Shown here: positions 55,134-64,000 of the stretch, piece by piece
Layout of the letters: each line of letters starts with the position of its first letter
Position numbering within the stretch: the stretch's first letter is position 1
From: Oculatellaceae cyanobacterium bins.114
Lineage (GTDB): Bacteria > Cyanobacteriota > Cyanobacteriia > Elainellales > Elainellaceae
Assembly (NCBI GenBank): GCA_033764315.1
Contig: JANRJA010000041.1
Location: 1 to 64,000 of the forward strand
Length of the DNA: 64,000 nt
Direction: 5' to 3'
The notes under the pieces: model-generated
The model's input: only the letters and a program-made list of their open reading frames with translations
Told to the model about the DNA's origin: nothing
The model's database searches: none
Translations under genes and position numbers: made by a program

Positions 55134-55165
55134 ACTATAGCAATCCAAAATGGAGTTGCTATAGT
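55134..55165. repeat. Short palindromic element / hairpin
   Basis: actatagcaa-tcca..tgga-g-ttgctatagt just downstream of the 55178 stop. Confidence 0.6.
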
Positions 55166-55177
55166 TACTTAAACTAT

Positions 55178-56416
55178 CTATTCATCGGTTGTCAGGATAA
55201 CTTTTGAAAACAGTTCAACTAACTGGGTAGCTTTTGCATCCCAGGTTAGGTACTGTTGAACGAATTGTTGTGCCTGTTTCCCCATTTCAACTCGCTTAGC
55301 ATCGTGACTCAACATTCGGTCTAGAGCGCGAGATGTATCTGCTACTTGCCTAGGAGCCACGGCATAGCCATGCAGTTCATGACAAAACACATCATTAATG
55401 CCACCATCCTGGCAGCAAATGATAGGCTTACCCGCGGCCATCGCCTCTAAATAAACTGTAGCAAACGGTTCATCCCATCCTACCAAAGCAAAACAGTCGG
55501 CCCAAACCATCTCTTGTAGGACTTCAGGGTGAAGTTTCTTACCAAGCAGTTGCACTTGTTGATTCTGGTCATAACGCTGGATTGCATCAATAACGTTTCT
55601 TTCTTCTGGCCCACCACCAATAATTCGGAGAACAGCATCGGGATGCCGATCAGCTATTCGACAGAATGCTTCAATCAGTAGGGGAATGCCCTTACGTTCT
55701 GCAAATAGAGCACAAGATAGAACAACCTTCTTATTTTTTAACTCTGGTGGACGTTGCTGAGCAAACAGGGCGACAGGGGGTAATTCAACTCCATTGTGAT
55801 GAGTGAGAATTGGATGGTTGGGAAAGAGTGCTCGCAGGTCTTGTTCCATACGTTTGGAGACCGTCAGGGAGACCTGGCAACCTGTTATTGCAGACTGCAT
55901 TGCTGCCCGACGTTGGGGATAGCGATGGCAGTCCGTAATTTCATCAAAGTCGTGATCCAGGGTGACGAGGGGGCGACGTAGGACATGAGGTAATTGGGCG
56001 GCAATCCAACCGTTAGGCAGTAAATGATGGCAAAAAATAACATCGGGTTGAAACTCACCTACTATCTGGCAAAACTCCCGTTTAACCGATGCCCAGGCAA
56101 GGTGTAAGTAAGGGGTAGGATTAGCATATGCCCACACTTTCAGCGGAGCAACTGGATAGTAAAGCCAGCGAGGATAGCGTACCCGAACAGAACCAACCCA
56201 GGTAAATTCTTCTGGACAATGGCTATAGGCTTTTGCTCCTGGAGTGATGGCAAGAATTTGGGGAACCCAGGACGTACAGGAGACCACCAGCAACTCAATG
56301 TCTTGTCGTGCCAACGCTTGTGCCTGAGCGAGTGCCCAGGTTCCCATCAAGGGATTGTCAGGTTTGGGAAAATAGGATGCCAAGAAGAGGATTCGCAAAG
56401 GACGAGAAGGCTTCAT
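55178..56416 (-). CDS. Glycosyltransferase family 4
   Basis: RKGIPLLIEAF, EPFATVYLEAMA; ATG 56416 overlaps the upstream stop (ATGA). Confidence 0.9.
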   Translation of the reverse strand: MKPSRPLRILFLASYFPKPDNPLMGTWALAQAQALARQDIELLVVSCTSWVPQILAITPGAKAYSHCPEEFTWVGSVRVRYPRWLYYPVAPLKVWAYANPTPYLHLAWASVKREFCQIVGEFQPDVIFCHHLLPNGWIAAQLPHVLRRPLVTLDHDFDEITDCHRYPQRRAAMQSAITGCQVSLTVSKRMEQDLRALFPNHPILTHHNGVELPPVALFAQQRPPELKNKKVVLSCALFAERKGIPLLIEAFCRIADRHPDAVLRIIGGGPEERNVIDAIQRYDQNQQVQLLGKKLHPEVLQEMVWADCFALVGWDEPFATVYLEAMAAGKPIICCQDGGINDVFCHELHGYAVAPRQVADTSRALDRMLSHDAKRVEMGKQAQQFVQQYLTWDAKATQLVELFSKVILTTDE

Positions 56417-57519
56417 GGCTGAGAATGCTCCAGGCAATGGGTAATGGCTTGGAATACGCTGAGCCAACGATCGGCACCTGCTCTAGGTGACCACTTTGTT
56501 GCCTTGAGTAAGGATGCTTGACTAGCAAATTGAATGGTCGAGGGCTGCTCTACATAAAACGCTAGTGCCTCAAACAGAGCAGTTTGGTCGCCTGCCGGGA
56601 AGATTGCTCCATTTACACCGGGTTCTACTAAGTCTTGGGCTGCACCCACTGCATCGGAACAAATAATGGGCAATCCTGCTCCTAATGCCTGATTCATGAC
56701 AACACCCCAACCGTCGTAGCGACTGGGGAGGACAAACAGATCTGCCTGTCTAAAAAAGTGTGGTAAATCCTCAGGAGCCTGAAAACCTGCATATTCAATC
56801 TGTTGAATGATATGGGGTGTCCTACTAGCTAACATTTGAGGTAATTCGGCTTCCCGCCCCACCAACAACAACCGGGCCGATAAACCAGATTGGATCAATT
56901 GCTCGAATGCTTGCAGTAAGATATCCACGCCCTTACGGGCAATCATTTGCCCACAAAACAAAATCGTGATGGGATTCCGGGGACGGGGAGGCAAGTCAAC
57001 ACTGAACTCGGATAGAGTGCAATAATAAGGAATGTTGAATGTGGGTTTATGGGGAAATCGTTGTCGATAGTCTTGCTCTGCTTTTGAACCGATCGCAGCG
57101 ATCGCCCAACAGTGATTTAAGCCCTGTGCCAATAGTTTTTGTAATTGCCCTTTGATGCCATCCACAGAGGCAACCATCTTCTCACCCCAAAAAACGCAGG
57201 GAGTACGGTGTGCTTGAGTGTGCAAAACCCACTGAGCAATCAGATTTTGATAACCATTTAAGATAACCACATCACAGGATTTCAAATTGGGGAGGTGCCA
57301 ATTCCAGTGAAACCGAGCACCTCCCCAAGCCAAATACCCTCCACGTAATATTTTTTCGTAGGGTTGCAATGGTTTTTGAGGCCAAGGAGAGTCAGGACTG
57401 GCAGGTTCTAAATAATAGACCTGAAGATCGACTTCAGTAAGACGGGATAACTCATAAAATAGGTCTCGTTGATAAGGTGACGGGACTATGGAATAACAAC
57501 AAACTCTAATGGGTTTCAC
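56413..57519 (-). CDS. Glycosyltransferase family 4
   Basis: PSPYQRDLF, RKGVDIL, DGWGVVMNQAL; GTG 57519 preceded by AAGGAGG. Confidence 0.9.
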   Translation of the reverse strand: MKPIRVCCYSIVPSPYQRDLFYELSRLTEVDLQVYYLEPASPDSPWPQKPLQPYEKILRGGYLAWGGARFHWNWHLPNLKSCDVVILNGYQNLIAQWVLHTQAHRTPCVFWGEKMVASVDGIKGQLQKLLAQGLNHCWAIAAIGSKAEQDYRQRFPHKPTFNIPYYCTLSEFSVDLPPRPRNPITILFCGQMIARKGVDILLQAFEQLIQSGLSARLLLVGREAELPQMLASRTPHIIQQIEYAGFQAPEDLPHFFRQADLFVLPSRYDGWGVVMNQALGAGLPIICSDAVGAAQDLVEPGVNGAIFPAGDQTALFEALAFYVEQPSTIQFASQASLLKATKWSPRAGADRWLSVFQAITHCLEHSQP

Positions 57520-58294
57520 GATCAACCTCCTTCTGTTGTGGAGGTTGAGGAGACAAAACAAATTCGTAAATGATGCTTTTAGCAAATAGCTCAGATCGCA
57601 ATCCTAACCTGATCATGAGAGGCATCAGACGAAAGAATACCTTTGCTTTGAGGCCCAGACTTTCTTTTATCTCAACACCAATGCCAGTGAAGCGATCGAG
57701 CTTGAGTCCATGACGCTGCCCCAACTCACACAGGGTACAGGGATCAAACCAGGCAACATGATCGGCATTGTCAACGTAGGGAATTCTGCCAAAACTAGAT
57801 TTCAAAATGACGTTGATATACCAGGGATTGGGAACAGATATTACTAATTTGCCATCTGGATTTAGCATTTTCGCTGCACTTTTAAAGAATGCTCCAGAGG
57901 CATCAATGTGTTCTAAGATTTCTCCACAAAGGATGACATCAAAGCTTTGATCTAGAGGGTGTTGGGTAATGTCAGCACAAATTATATTGAATCCAAGTGA
58001 CTGTAAATGTTCCACTTCCGTTTCAAGAATATCCACCCCTATACAGCTCTTGGCAGCTTGAGAAAGATGCTTATGCAACCATGTACTGGATTGAACAGCA
58101 GTTTGAGTATGTTCAACCACTCCAACATCTAAAATGGTTTTGTTTTTCACTAATTGGCAAAAATAGTCAATTCGGTTGCTGATCAATTGCCCTGTTCTAG
58201 CCGCTTGTAACTCTTCCTGGCGAGCTTTCATGACCAGAGGTGCATTTGGATCTTTAGAAATCTTGTGCCAACGTTGCATAGTTATATTGGTCAT
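57506..58294 (-). CDS. Class I SAM-dependent methyltransferase-like protein
   Basis: ILDVG, GVDI, FDVILCGEILEH, VISVPN. Confidence 0.85.
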   Translation of the reverse strand: MTNITMQRWHKISKDPNAPLVMKARQEELQAARTGQLISNRIDYFCQLVKNKTILDVGVVEHTQTAVQSSTWLHKHLSQAAKSCIGVDILETEVEHLQSLGFNIICADITQHPLDQSFDVILCGEILEHIDASGAFFKSAAKMLNPDGKLVISVPNPWYINVILKSSFGRIPYVDNADHVAWFDPCTLCELGQRHGLKLDRFTGIGVEIKESLGLKAKVFFRLMPLMIRLGLRSELFAKSIIYEFVLSPQPPQQKEVDRETH

Positions 58295-58327
58295 CAGATG
58301 TACTCCACATTAGTTGAATAGTGGCAT

Positions 58328-59563
58328 TTAGGTAAAAAGTGCAGATTGGCATATTTGCAGCCTTTGGCTCAGTTGTGCTAGTTCAAAGCCTTTTAATTTT
58401 CCAGATTGAATTGACCAGGATTTGAGTTGTTCTGGGTGATTTAGACAAGTCTTTAAAGCATCAACGATTGCCTCTTCTGTAACCTCTGGTAAGACCAACC
58501 CATTTCTTTGATTTTCAATAACTTCACCACAAAATCTGGATGTAATGAGCGGTAATTGCCATGCTTGGGCTTCCAACTGAGTTAACCCAAATCCATCCGA
58601 TATAGTTGGGAAGATGAATACATCTGCTAATTGGTAATAGCGGTACGTTTCGCTGCGAGGGATTGCTCCAATCCAATGAACGCGAGGATGCCGTCGCAGA
58701 TGAGGAGGAGTCGTAATTTGTGACGAACCTACAAACCAAAACTCGATAGGCATGTCTTTCAATTGCTCGATTGCTGCCAATAAAGGTGCAATGCCTTTAC
58801 GCAAAGTTATGATGCCCAGGAACAAAACTCGCAAAGGGCGATCGCGGGAGAATTGAGTGGGATAGGTTCGACAAAATTCTTGGGTCGGTTTAGGTGGCTC
58901 ATATACCAGAGGAACAACTTGAATTTTGTGTGGCTTAAGGTTGGTTTGGGTGAGGAGTTGTTTTGACCACTGCGAGTTAACGATAATTTGGTCTGCTAAA
59001 TCACATTCTTGTTGCCAGGTTTGCCAGTAGTGGAGAGGGACGGGATGCCAATTTGGCTCTAACTCTGGGTAGCGTTGTTGCTCTCTAGTCACTCGTTGTT
59101 CTTCTAAAGGACCAGGATCAATTTGTCCTAATACCGTTTTCCAACCCTGTTGTTTGGCAAATTGAAATAGGCTCAGGGCAGTGTAGCTGTAGGAAAACAA
59201 AATAGTGGATGGGCTGAAATGATGGATATTTGCCTTTAAGTATGTCAGCGTTTGTTGTTGGAACCAGTGATTTCGTTGAATCATTCGATCCCAATCTCTG
59301 GTTTTACACAATTTTTGAGTGGCTTCAAATAGCAGGAGAGAAGGCGTAAAGGCTTGAACGGCGGCAGTTACCAGATCAGTATGAAACCGCTCTTTCAATC
59401 TGCTAGAGACATTTGCCAAGAGGCGATCGCTCAGGGAGTAGGGCGAGATCCAGGCATCGGTGATCAACTGTTGTAAGTGATTGCTCCGATGCAAAGCACG
59501 TGGGATGGCATAGTGTTCGCGTGCGCCCAGTTGACAACAAATCCAGCTTGAGAGAGAGTGCAT
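58328..59563 (-). CDS. Glycosyltransferase family 4
   Basis: GAREHYAIP, LRKG, SDGFGLTQLEA. Confidence 0.9.
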   Translation of the reverse strand: MHSLSSWICCQLGAREHYAIPRALHRSNHLQQLITDAWISPYSLSDRLLANVSSRLKERFHTDLVTAAVQAFTPSLLLFEATQKLCKTRDWDRMIQRNHWFQQQTLTYLKANIHHFSPSTILFSYSYTALSLFQFAKQQGWKTVLGQIDPGPLEEQRVTREQQRYPELEPNWHPVPLHYWQTWQQECDLADQIIVNSQWSKQLLTQTNLKPHKIQVVPLVYEPPKPTQEFCRTYPTQFSRDRPLRVLFLGIITLRKGIAPLLAAIEQLKDMPIEFWFVGSSQITTPPHLRRHPRVHWIGAIPRSETYRYYQLADVFIFPTISDGFGLTQLEAQAWQLPLITSRFCGEVIENQRNGLVLPEVTEEAIVDALKTCLNHPEQLKSWSIQSGKLKGFELAQLSQRLQICQSALFT

Positions 59564-59605
59564 TACAAATGAGTGAAGACCAAGAGATATTGCGAGATAG
59601 CAAGT

Positions 59606-60478
59606 TTAACTATGAGGTAAGTGCTGCCAGCTTCGATATAGTTTAGAACTCATAGGTTGACGATATTTCTGGTATCGAGGAATGTCTTTCAAAGCTTGCA
59701 GCATCCCCTGGAGTTGTCCCAGTCGCCAAACTCTCATTGTTAGACTCAAGCGTGAGAGGGTTGTTCTAGCTTGTTTAATTGGCTTTATATGAACAGGCAC
59801 AAACCAGTCATTCCACAGCACATTGTTACGTGCACCATAAAAATCCATACGATGCCAGTTCCGTCCTACATTTGATGCGGTGTGATGAATTTCAAAACCA
59901 GGGAAGTGATAGCAATAAAACCCTTGTTGAAAGGCTCTAGCGGCAATATCCATTTCTTCGCCCTGATGGATCAGGTCTTCTCGATACCCACCCAGTTGCA
60001 ACAGGCGATCGCGACGAATTAGGTGCCCACAGCCGATAAAAAATCGAGTTTGATAAGGGCTATTGTGCCGCGATGAGTTTTGATATTCATTTAACACTGG
60101 GTTAAAAATTGGAAAACTGAGGCAAAACAATTCTGGGTGTGATTCAGCAAACTCAACAACAGTTTGTAGCGACCCTGCAACTGGGTATGAGTCATCATCC
60201 AAGCTGAGATAATATTTGGTATACATCCTTTGAGCCAGTTGATTGCGCCTGCAAATATACCCCTCAGACGATTCAAACCGCTGAATTGTTGCATTTGGAT
60301 GCAGTGACTGGATCTCAAATGGGCAAGGCTGATCGGAATAATCATCCAAGATTAGAACCGAGATATTTGATAACCCAATATCTACCAGTTGAGTCAAGGT
60401 AATTTTTAGATCATTCCAACGGTTTTTGGTGGCGATGCCGATAGTAACCAATTCTGCAAGAGGTTGTAGTGTGCTCAC
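59606..60478 (-). CDS. Glycosyltransferase family 2
   Basis: IATKNR, LDDYS, LSLDDD, GEEMD. Confidence 0.9.
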   Translation of the reverse strand: MSTLQPLAELVTIGIATKNRWNDLKITLTQLVDIGLSNISVLILDDYSDQPCPFEIQSLHPNATIQRFESSEGYICRRNQLAQRMYTKYYLSLDDDSYPVAGSLQTVVEFAESHPELFCLSFPIFNPVLNEYQNSSRHNSPYQTRFFIGCGHLIRRDRLLQLGGYREDLIHQGEEMDIAARAFQQGFYCYHFPGFEIHHTASNVGRNWHRMDFYGARNNVLWNDWFVPVHIKPIKQARTTLSRLSLTMRVWRLGQLQGMLQALKDIPRYQKYRQPMSSKLYRSWQHLPHS

Positions 60479-61020
60479 TGATCACTCCGATATTTAACGA
60501 CTTTGGCAGGCACCCCAACCACGATCGCTTTTTCAGGTACATCTTTTGTGACCACACTTCCAGCACCCACAATCACATCATTGCCGATAGTAACGCCTTT
60601 TAAGATAGTGACGTTAGCCCCAATCCAAACGCGATCGCCAATCTTGGTGGGTTTCGCAAACATCGGTTGTTGCAACGGGGGATAGGCTAAATCTTGACCA
60701 TGATCATGATCGGTGATGTAACAGTTTGGACCGATCGCACAATGTTTGCCAATCACTAAACACTCAATGGCATCCAGAAATGTATTGCGATTGATGTAAG
60801 TGTGTGCGCCAATATAAATCTTAGAATGCGCCAACGGTTCACCACTACTCACTAAAACCACACCACGATCAAGGGCACAGGGGCTTTCGATTTCGATGTC
60901 AGCAAAGTTGCGAGGAATCTCGATCTCGCGCATCCACACATAGCCGTGCAGTTTAACCCCTAAACTACGGTAATAGAGATTACGCCAACGGCTTTTTAAT
61001 CCTTCGATCATTTGATGCAT
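60475..61020 (-). CDS. Hexapeptide-repeat (LbH) acyltransferase
   Basis: IGDRVWIGANVTILKGVTIG..GAGSVVTKD..GVPAK. Confidence 0.93.
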   Translation of the reverse strand: MHQMIEGLKSRWRNLYYRSLGVKLHGYVWMREIEIPRNFADIEIESPCALDRGVVLVSSGEPLAHSKIYIGAHTYINRNTFLDAIECLVIGKHCAIGPNCYITDHDHGQDLAYPPLQQPMFAKPTKIGDRVWIGANVTILKGVTIGNDVIVGAGSVVTKDVPEKAIVVGVPAKVVKYRSDQ

Positions 61021-61049
61021 GGTGCTGCTTTTAGCACGAACTCAATTAA

Positions 61050-62003
61050 TTATTCAGTTCTAGTCGTTTCTTTCCCGAATGAAAGAATGCAGGCAATCCC
61101 CTCTAACTTTCCTGCTATGACTGCGGGGAGCGATCGCCATCCTTGAACCGAGGTTAACAAAGCAGCAATGCCAAACAGTTGTAATACGGCAAGATTGAGA
61201 TAATCTTTTAGTCGTGATCGACCCAAAATGTGAGTCATAACATAGTGCCGATTCACCAACTCCATCTTTGACAGTATTCCTGCATTATTTTTGTGATCTC
61301 CCGGTTGGCTATCATGGAAAATTTTTGCAGTACGGACATTAGCTAACTTCCACTGTTTACCCACTAAAATTGATAAAGTGGCATCCTCTAGAAAAGAGTA
61401 TCCTGTGAAATGTTTAGGAAATGGTGGATTAGGCAATGCCTCGTAACGGTAAAGAGTACAACCTAAGTTAAGCCACTCTACAGGAACAACTTCTGGTAAA
61501 TCATTTCGATCTTCTGGCAGTAGATTTAAGGCAGGACCAATGCATTTACCGGCGTAGCTCTCTTCTTTACGACCATGCAGCAGTTGAAAGAGCAAGCGGC
61601 TAATGCAACCGGGAGGCAAATATTTTTGATTGGTAATCATGGCATTGACACCTCCCAATTTCGCATCGCTTTGCATCGCTTGCCAGAGCCGCATCAAGCA
61701 GTCTGGTTCAAACCAGATGTCATCATCCAAAAATAAGATGTAGGGCTGACTTGCATAAGCAAAGGCTTGATTGCGCTGTGTTGCTGCTCCTAATTCTATG
61801 GCTTTGTGATAGATGATTTGGGTTGCCAGTCCCGCCATTGAGCCTCGACAAATCTGTTCAGTTTCCTCAGTGCTTGAACCATCCACCACCACCATTTCGA
61901 TGGGTTGAAACGATTGCTGCGCTAGGCTGTGCAACATCCGCTTCAAAGGATCTGGACGATTGCGCGTTGGCAATAATATTGAGACTGGCAAGAGTTGATT
62001 CAT
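61050..62003 (-). CDS. Glycosyltransferase family 2
   Basis: LPTRNR, VVVDGS, LFLDDD, LED. Confidence 0.9.
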   Translation of the reverse strand: MNQLLPVSILLPTRNRPDPLKRMLHSLAQQSFQPIEMVVVDGSSTEETEQICRGSMAGLATQIIYHKAIELGAATQRNQAFAYASQPYILFLDDDIWFEPDCLMRLWQAMQSDAKLGGVNAMITNQKYLPPGCISRLLFQLLHGRKEESYAGKCIGPALNLLPEDRNDLPEVVPVEWLNLGCTLYRYEALPNPPFPKHFTGYSFLEDATLSILVGKQWKLANVRTAKIFHDSQPGDHKNNAGILSKMELVNRHYVMTHILGRSRLKDYLNLAVLQLFGIAALLTSVQGWRSLPAVIAGKLEGIACILSFGKETTRTE

Positions 62004-62009
62004 AATAAA

Positions 62010-63809
62010 TTATGCAATCAGAACAACATTGGATCGGGTTAGTGTTGGAACTGGGCTATTTGGGAAGCCAAGAGTTACAAACGCACCGCCTGTCCCAAAA
62101 CCAGCGAGTCCTTCGTTTTCGTTGAAGTACAAACGGCGATTAGTAGAGTTGTAAACAATCCGGGCAGTACTAATCGCTGCATCAACATCAGTCGTAACAG
62201 CAGCAAATTGAGTTGAACTAATCGGACTGATGAGTGCTCCTGACAAACCAAATAGACTCCTTGAGAGCCGAATGGTATCACCTACTGAGAAATCAGTAAT
62301 AGTGTCTATGCCAAGTTCAGCAAATGGGACAGTGTTGTCATAGGCAAAAGCATCGGCTCCTGCCCCTCCATTCAGAGTGTCGTTACCCCGTCCACCTGTC
62401 AGTTGGTCAGTTCCCCCTTCACCAAATAAGTTGTCATTGCCATCTAACCCACTTAATGTGTTGCCAGCTGTATTACCAATAATTGTGTTATTTAAGCTAT
62501 TGCCTGCGCCACTCAAGGGATTGCTGCCAGTTAAGGTCAAGTCACGTACCCCGACCGCATTTGTTGCCAAACTGTAGTTGCTGACTGAGGAGAAGACCCG
62601 GTGTGGTCCTCCAGTTGTTCCAACAACAACATCACCCAAATTATCGACATAATAAGAATCTTGTCCTGTGCTGGTGATGAAGGTATCAGCCCCAAGTCCT
62701 CCATCTAAAATGTCGTTTTGTGCTCCTCCATCAAGGGTGTCATTGCCAGTAAAGCCATAGATGAAGTCACTACCATCTCTGCCCTCAAGCACATTATTAC
62801 CATTGTTACCCGCAATATAATTGGCGAGGTTATTGCCCAAGGCATTGATGTTGCTAGTTCCACTCAACACCAGGTTATAAACATTGCCACTCAGAACAAC
62901 TCCTCCTAACAGATCAAGGGTAATAGACGAAGAGATTGTGTTAACCCCAGCACCCGTAGGATTCGGATTACCTGCATAATCACCAATACCATCCGCAATA
63001 ACACGATCGCCAGCATTATCTACTACAAATGTGTCGCCTGCAAAGCCACCACCGCCAACCATCGTGTCAGCACCTAATCCACCGTCTAAGGTATTTCTGC
63101 CAATATTGCCAACGAGTAAGTTATCCCAGTCATTGCCTGTTCCATTCAGGTTGGCTGAGCCTTCTAATGTCAGCCCAAAGATGTGGGAGCTAAGGGTATA
63201 ACTGACGGTTGAAAAAGCCTCGTTAAACCCAACTGGCTCAGTAGAGTCTTCTACAATCGCATCGCCAACATTGTCAATATAATAAATGTCATAACCAGCA
63301 CCACCAATTAGGCGATCGCTCCCAAATCCTCCATCTAATTCATCATCTCCACCATTGCCATACAGAATATCATTACCCCCCATACCAAAAATTTGATTGT
63401 CACCCAAATTTCCGGTAATCGTGTTAGCAAAGTCATTGCCAGAAACGTTGTGATTAACAGTAGAAGAAGTTTGGAACATCACCAAATTTTGGGTAGTTGC
63501 TGCATTCACCTGCATGTCAAAAAAGATAGGAGCAGCACTCGATAACCAGATAGTGTCAAACCCCGTTGTAGTTATAACCAGATCATTTGTATCATCTACG
63601 ACATAGGTGTTGCTACCCGCTCCCCCTGACATCTGATCAACACCTGTGCCGCCATTAATATAGTCATTGCCATTTCCCCCTTCTAGAAGGTCATCACCAT
63701 CAAGACCATAGATGTAGTTAGATTGAGTAGGATCTACTAGAAGGCCACCGGTTGTATTTTGAGTTGGTGAGATGATATCGTCAAAATTAGTGCCAAGATA
63801 GGAAGGCAT
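62010..63809 (-). CDS. RTX-repeat Ca-binding secreted/surface protein
   Basis: Many GGxGxD and GN.L.N...GN repeats; no N-terminal signal peptide; GGAG before ATG. Confidence 0.9.
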   Translation of the reverse strand: MPSYLGTNFDDIISPTQNTTGGLLVDPTQSNYIYGLDGDDLLEGGNGNDYINGGTGVDQMSGGAGSNTYVVDDTNDLVITTTGFDTIWLSSAAPIFFDMQVNAATTQNLVMFQTSSTVNHNVSGNDFANTITGNLGDNQIFGMGGNDILYGNGGDDELDGGFGSDRLIGGAGYDIYYIDNVGDAIVEDSTEPVGFNEAFSTVSYTLSSHIFGLTLEGSANLNGTGNDWDNLLVGNIGRNTLDGGLGADTMVGGGGFAGDTFVVDNAGDRVIADGIGDYAGNPNPTGAGVNTISSSITLDLLGGVVLSGNVYNLVLSGTSNINALGNNLANYIAGNNGNNVLEGRDGSDFIYGFTGNDTLDGGAQNDILDGGLGADTFITSTGQDSYYVDNLGDVVVGTTGGPHRVFSSVSNYSLATNAVGVRDLTLTGSNPLSGAGNSLNNTIIGNTAGNTLSGLDGNDNLFGEGGTDQLTGGRGNDTLNGGAGADAFAYDNTVPFAELGIDTITDFSVGDTIRLSRSLFGLSGALISPISSTQFAAVTTDVDAAISTARIVYNSTNRRLYFNENEGLAGFGTGGAFVTLGFPNSPVPTLTRSNVVLIA

Positions 63810-64000
63810 ATAAACGCTCCAAGGATACTTGTTGTAAAGGGGCTTGCATCTATCGAACTACATCCCTGAATACCCTACTGAGGGCATCTAAGCAGTTTTA
63901 CGGTGGAGCTTCAGTAAATCTTGACGGTTTACTAAAACTTTATAGTTACGTATCTAGTATTGCGATCGCCTCTGGTCGTTCTCAAGAAGAAATTGACGAA

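Overview
Chromosomal window from a cyanobacterium, inferred from the dense HIP1 octamer GCGATCGC, heptamer STRR-type repeats and NtcA/NtcB sites; probably a filamentous form. Left to right: two convergent AT-rich orphan toxin/immunity-like modules (one a headless RHS core) beside an ISAs1-like remnant; a NarL-type two-component pair; two secreted RTX/Calx-beta adhesin-like genes bracketed by a ~95-bp direct repeat; a BMP-family nucleoside-type ABC operon lacking its ATPase, plus a cytosine-deaminase-like gene, divergent from an HTH-NB-ARC-WD40 (STAND) gene; a GT39 glycosyltransferase; a complete nirA-nrtABCD-narB operon with an NtcA + double NtcB promoter; a stand-alone ~5,100-aa Tc-toxin A-subunit homologue; a double-zinc-ribbon membrane protein; and a surface-glycan cluster headed by an RTX protein. 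The Tc-A homologue is the most striking feature: it carries a ~2,350-aa block of LamG/ConA-like domains and has no TcB/TcC neighbour. The possible STAND-regulated uptake operon is second. All calls come from reading motifs by eye; no database searches were run.
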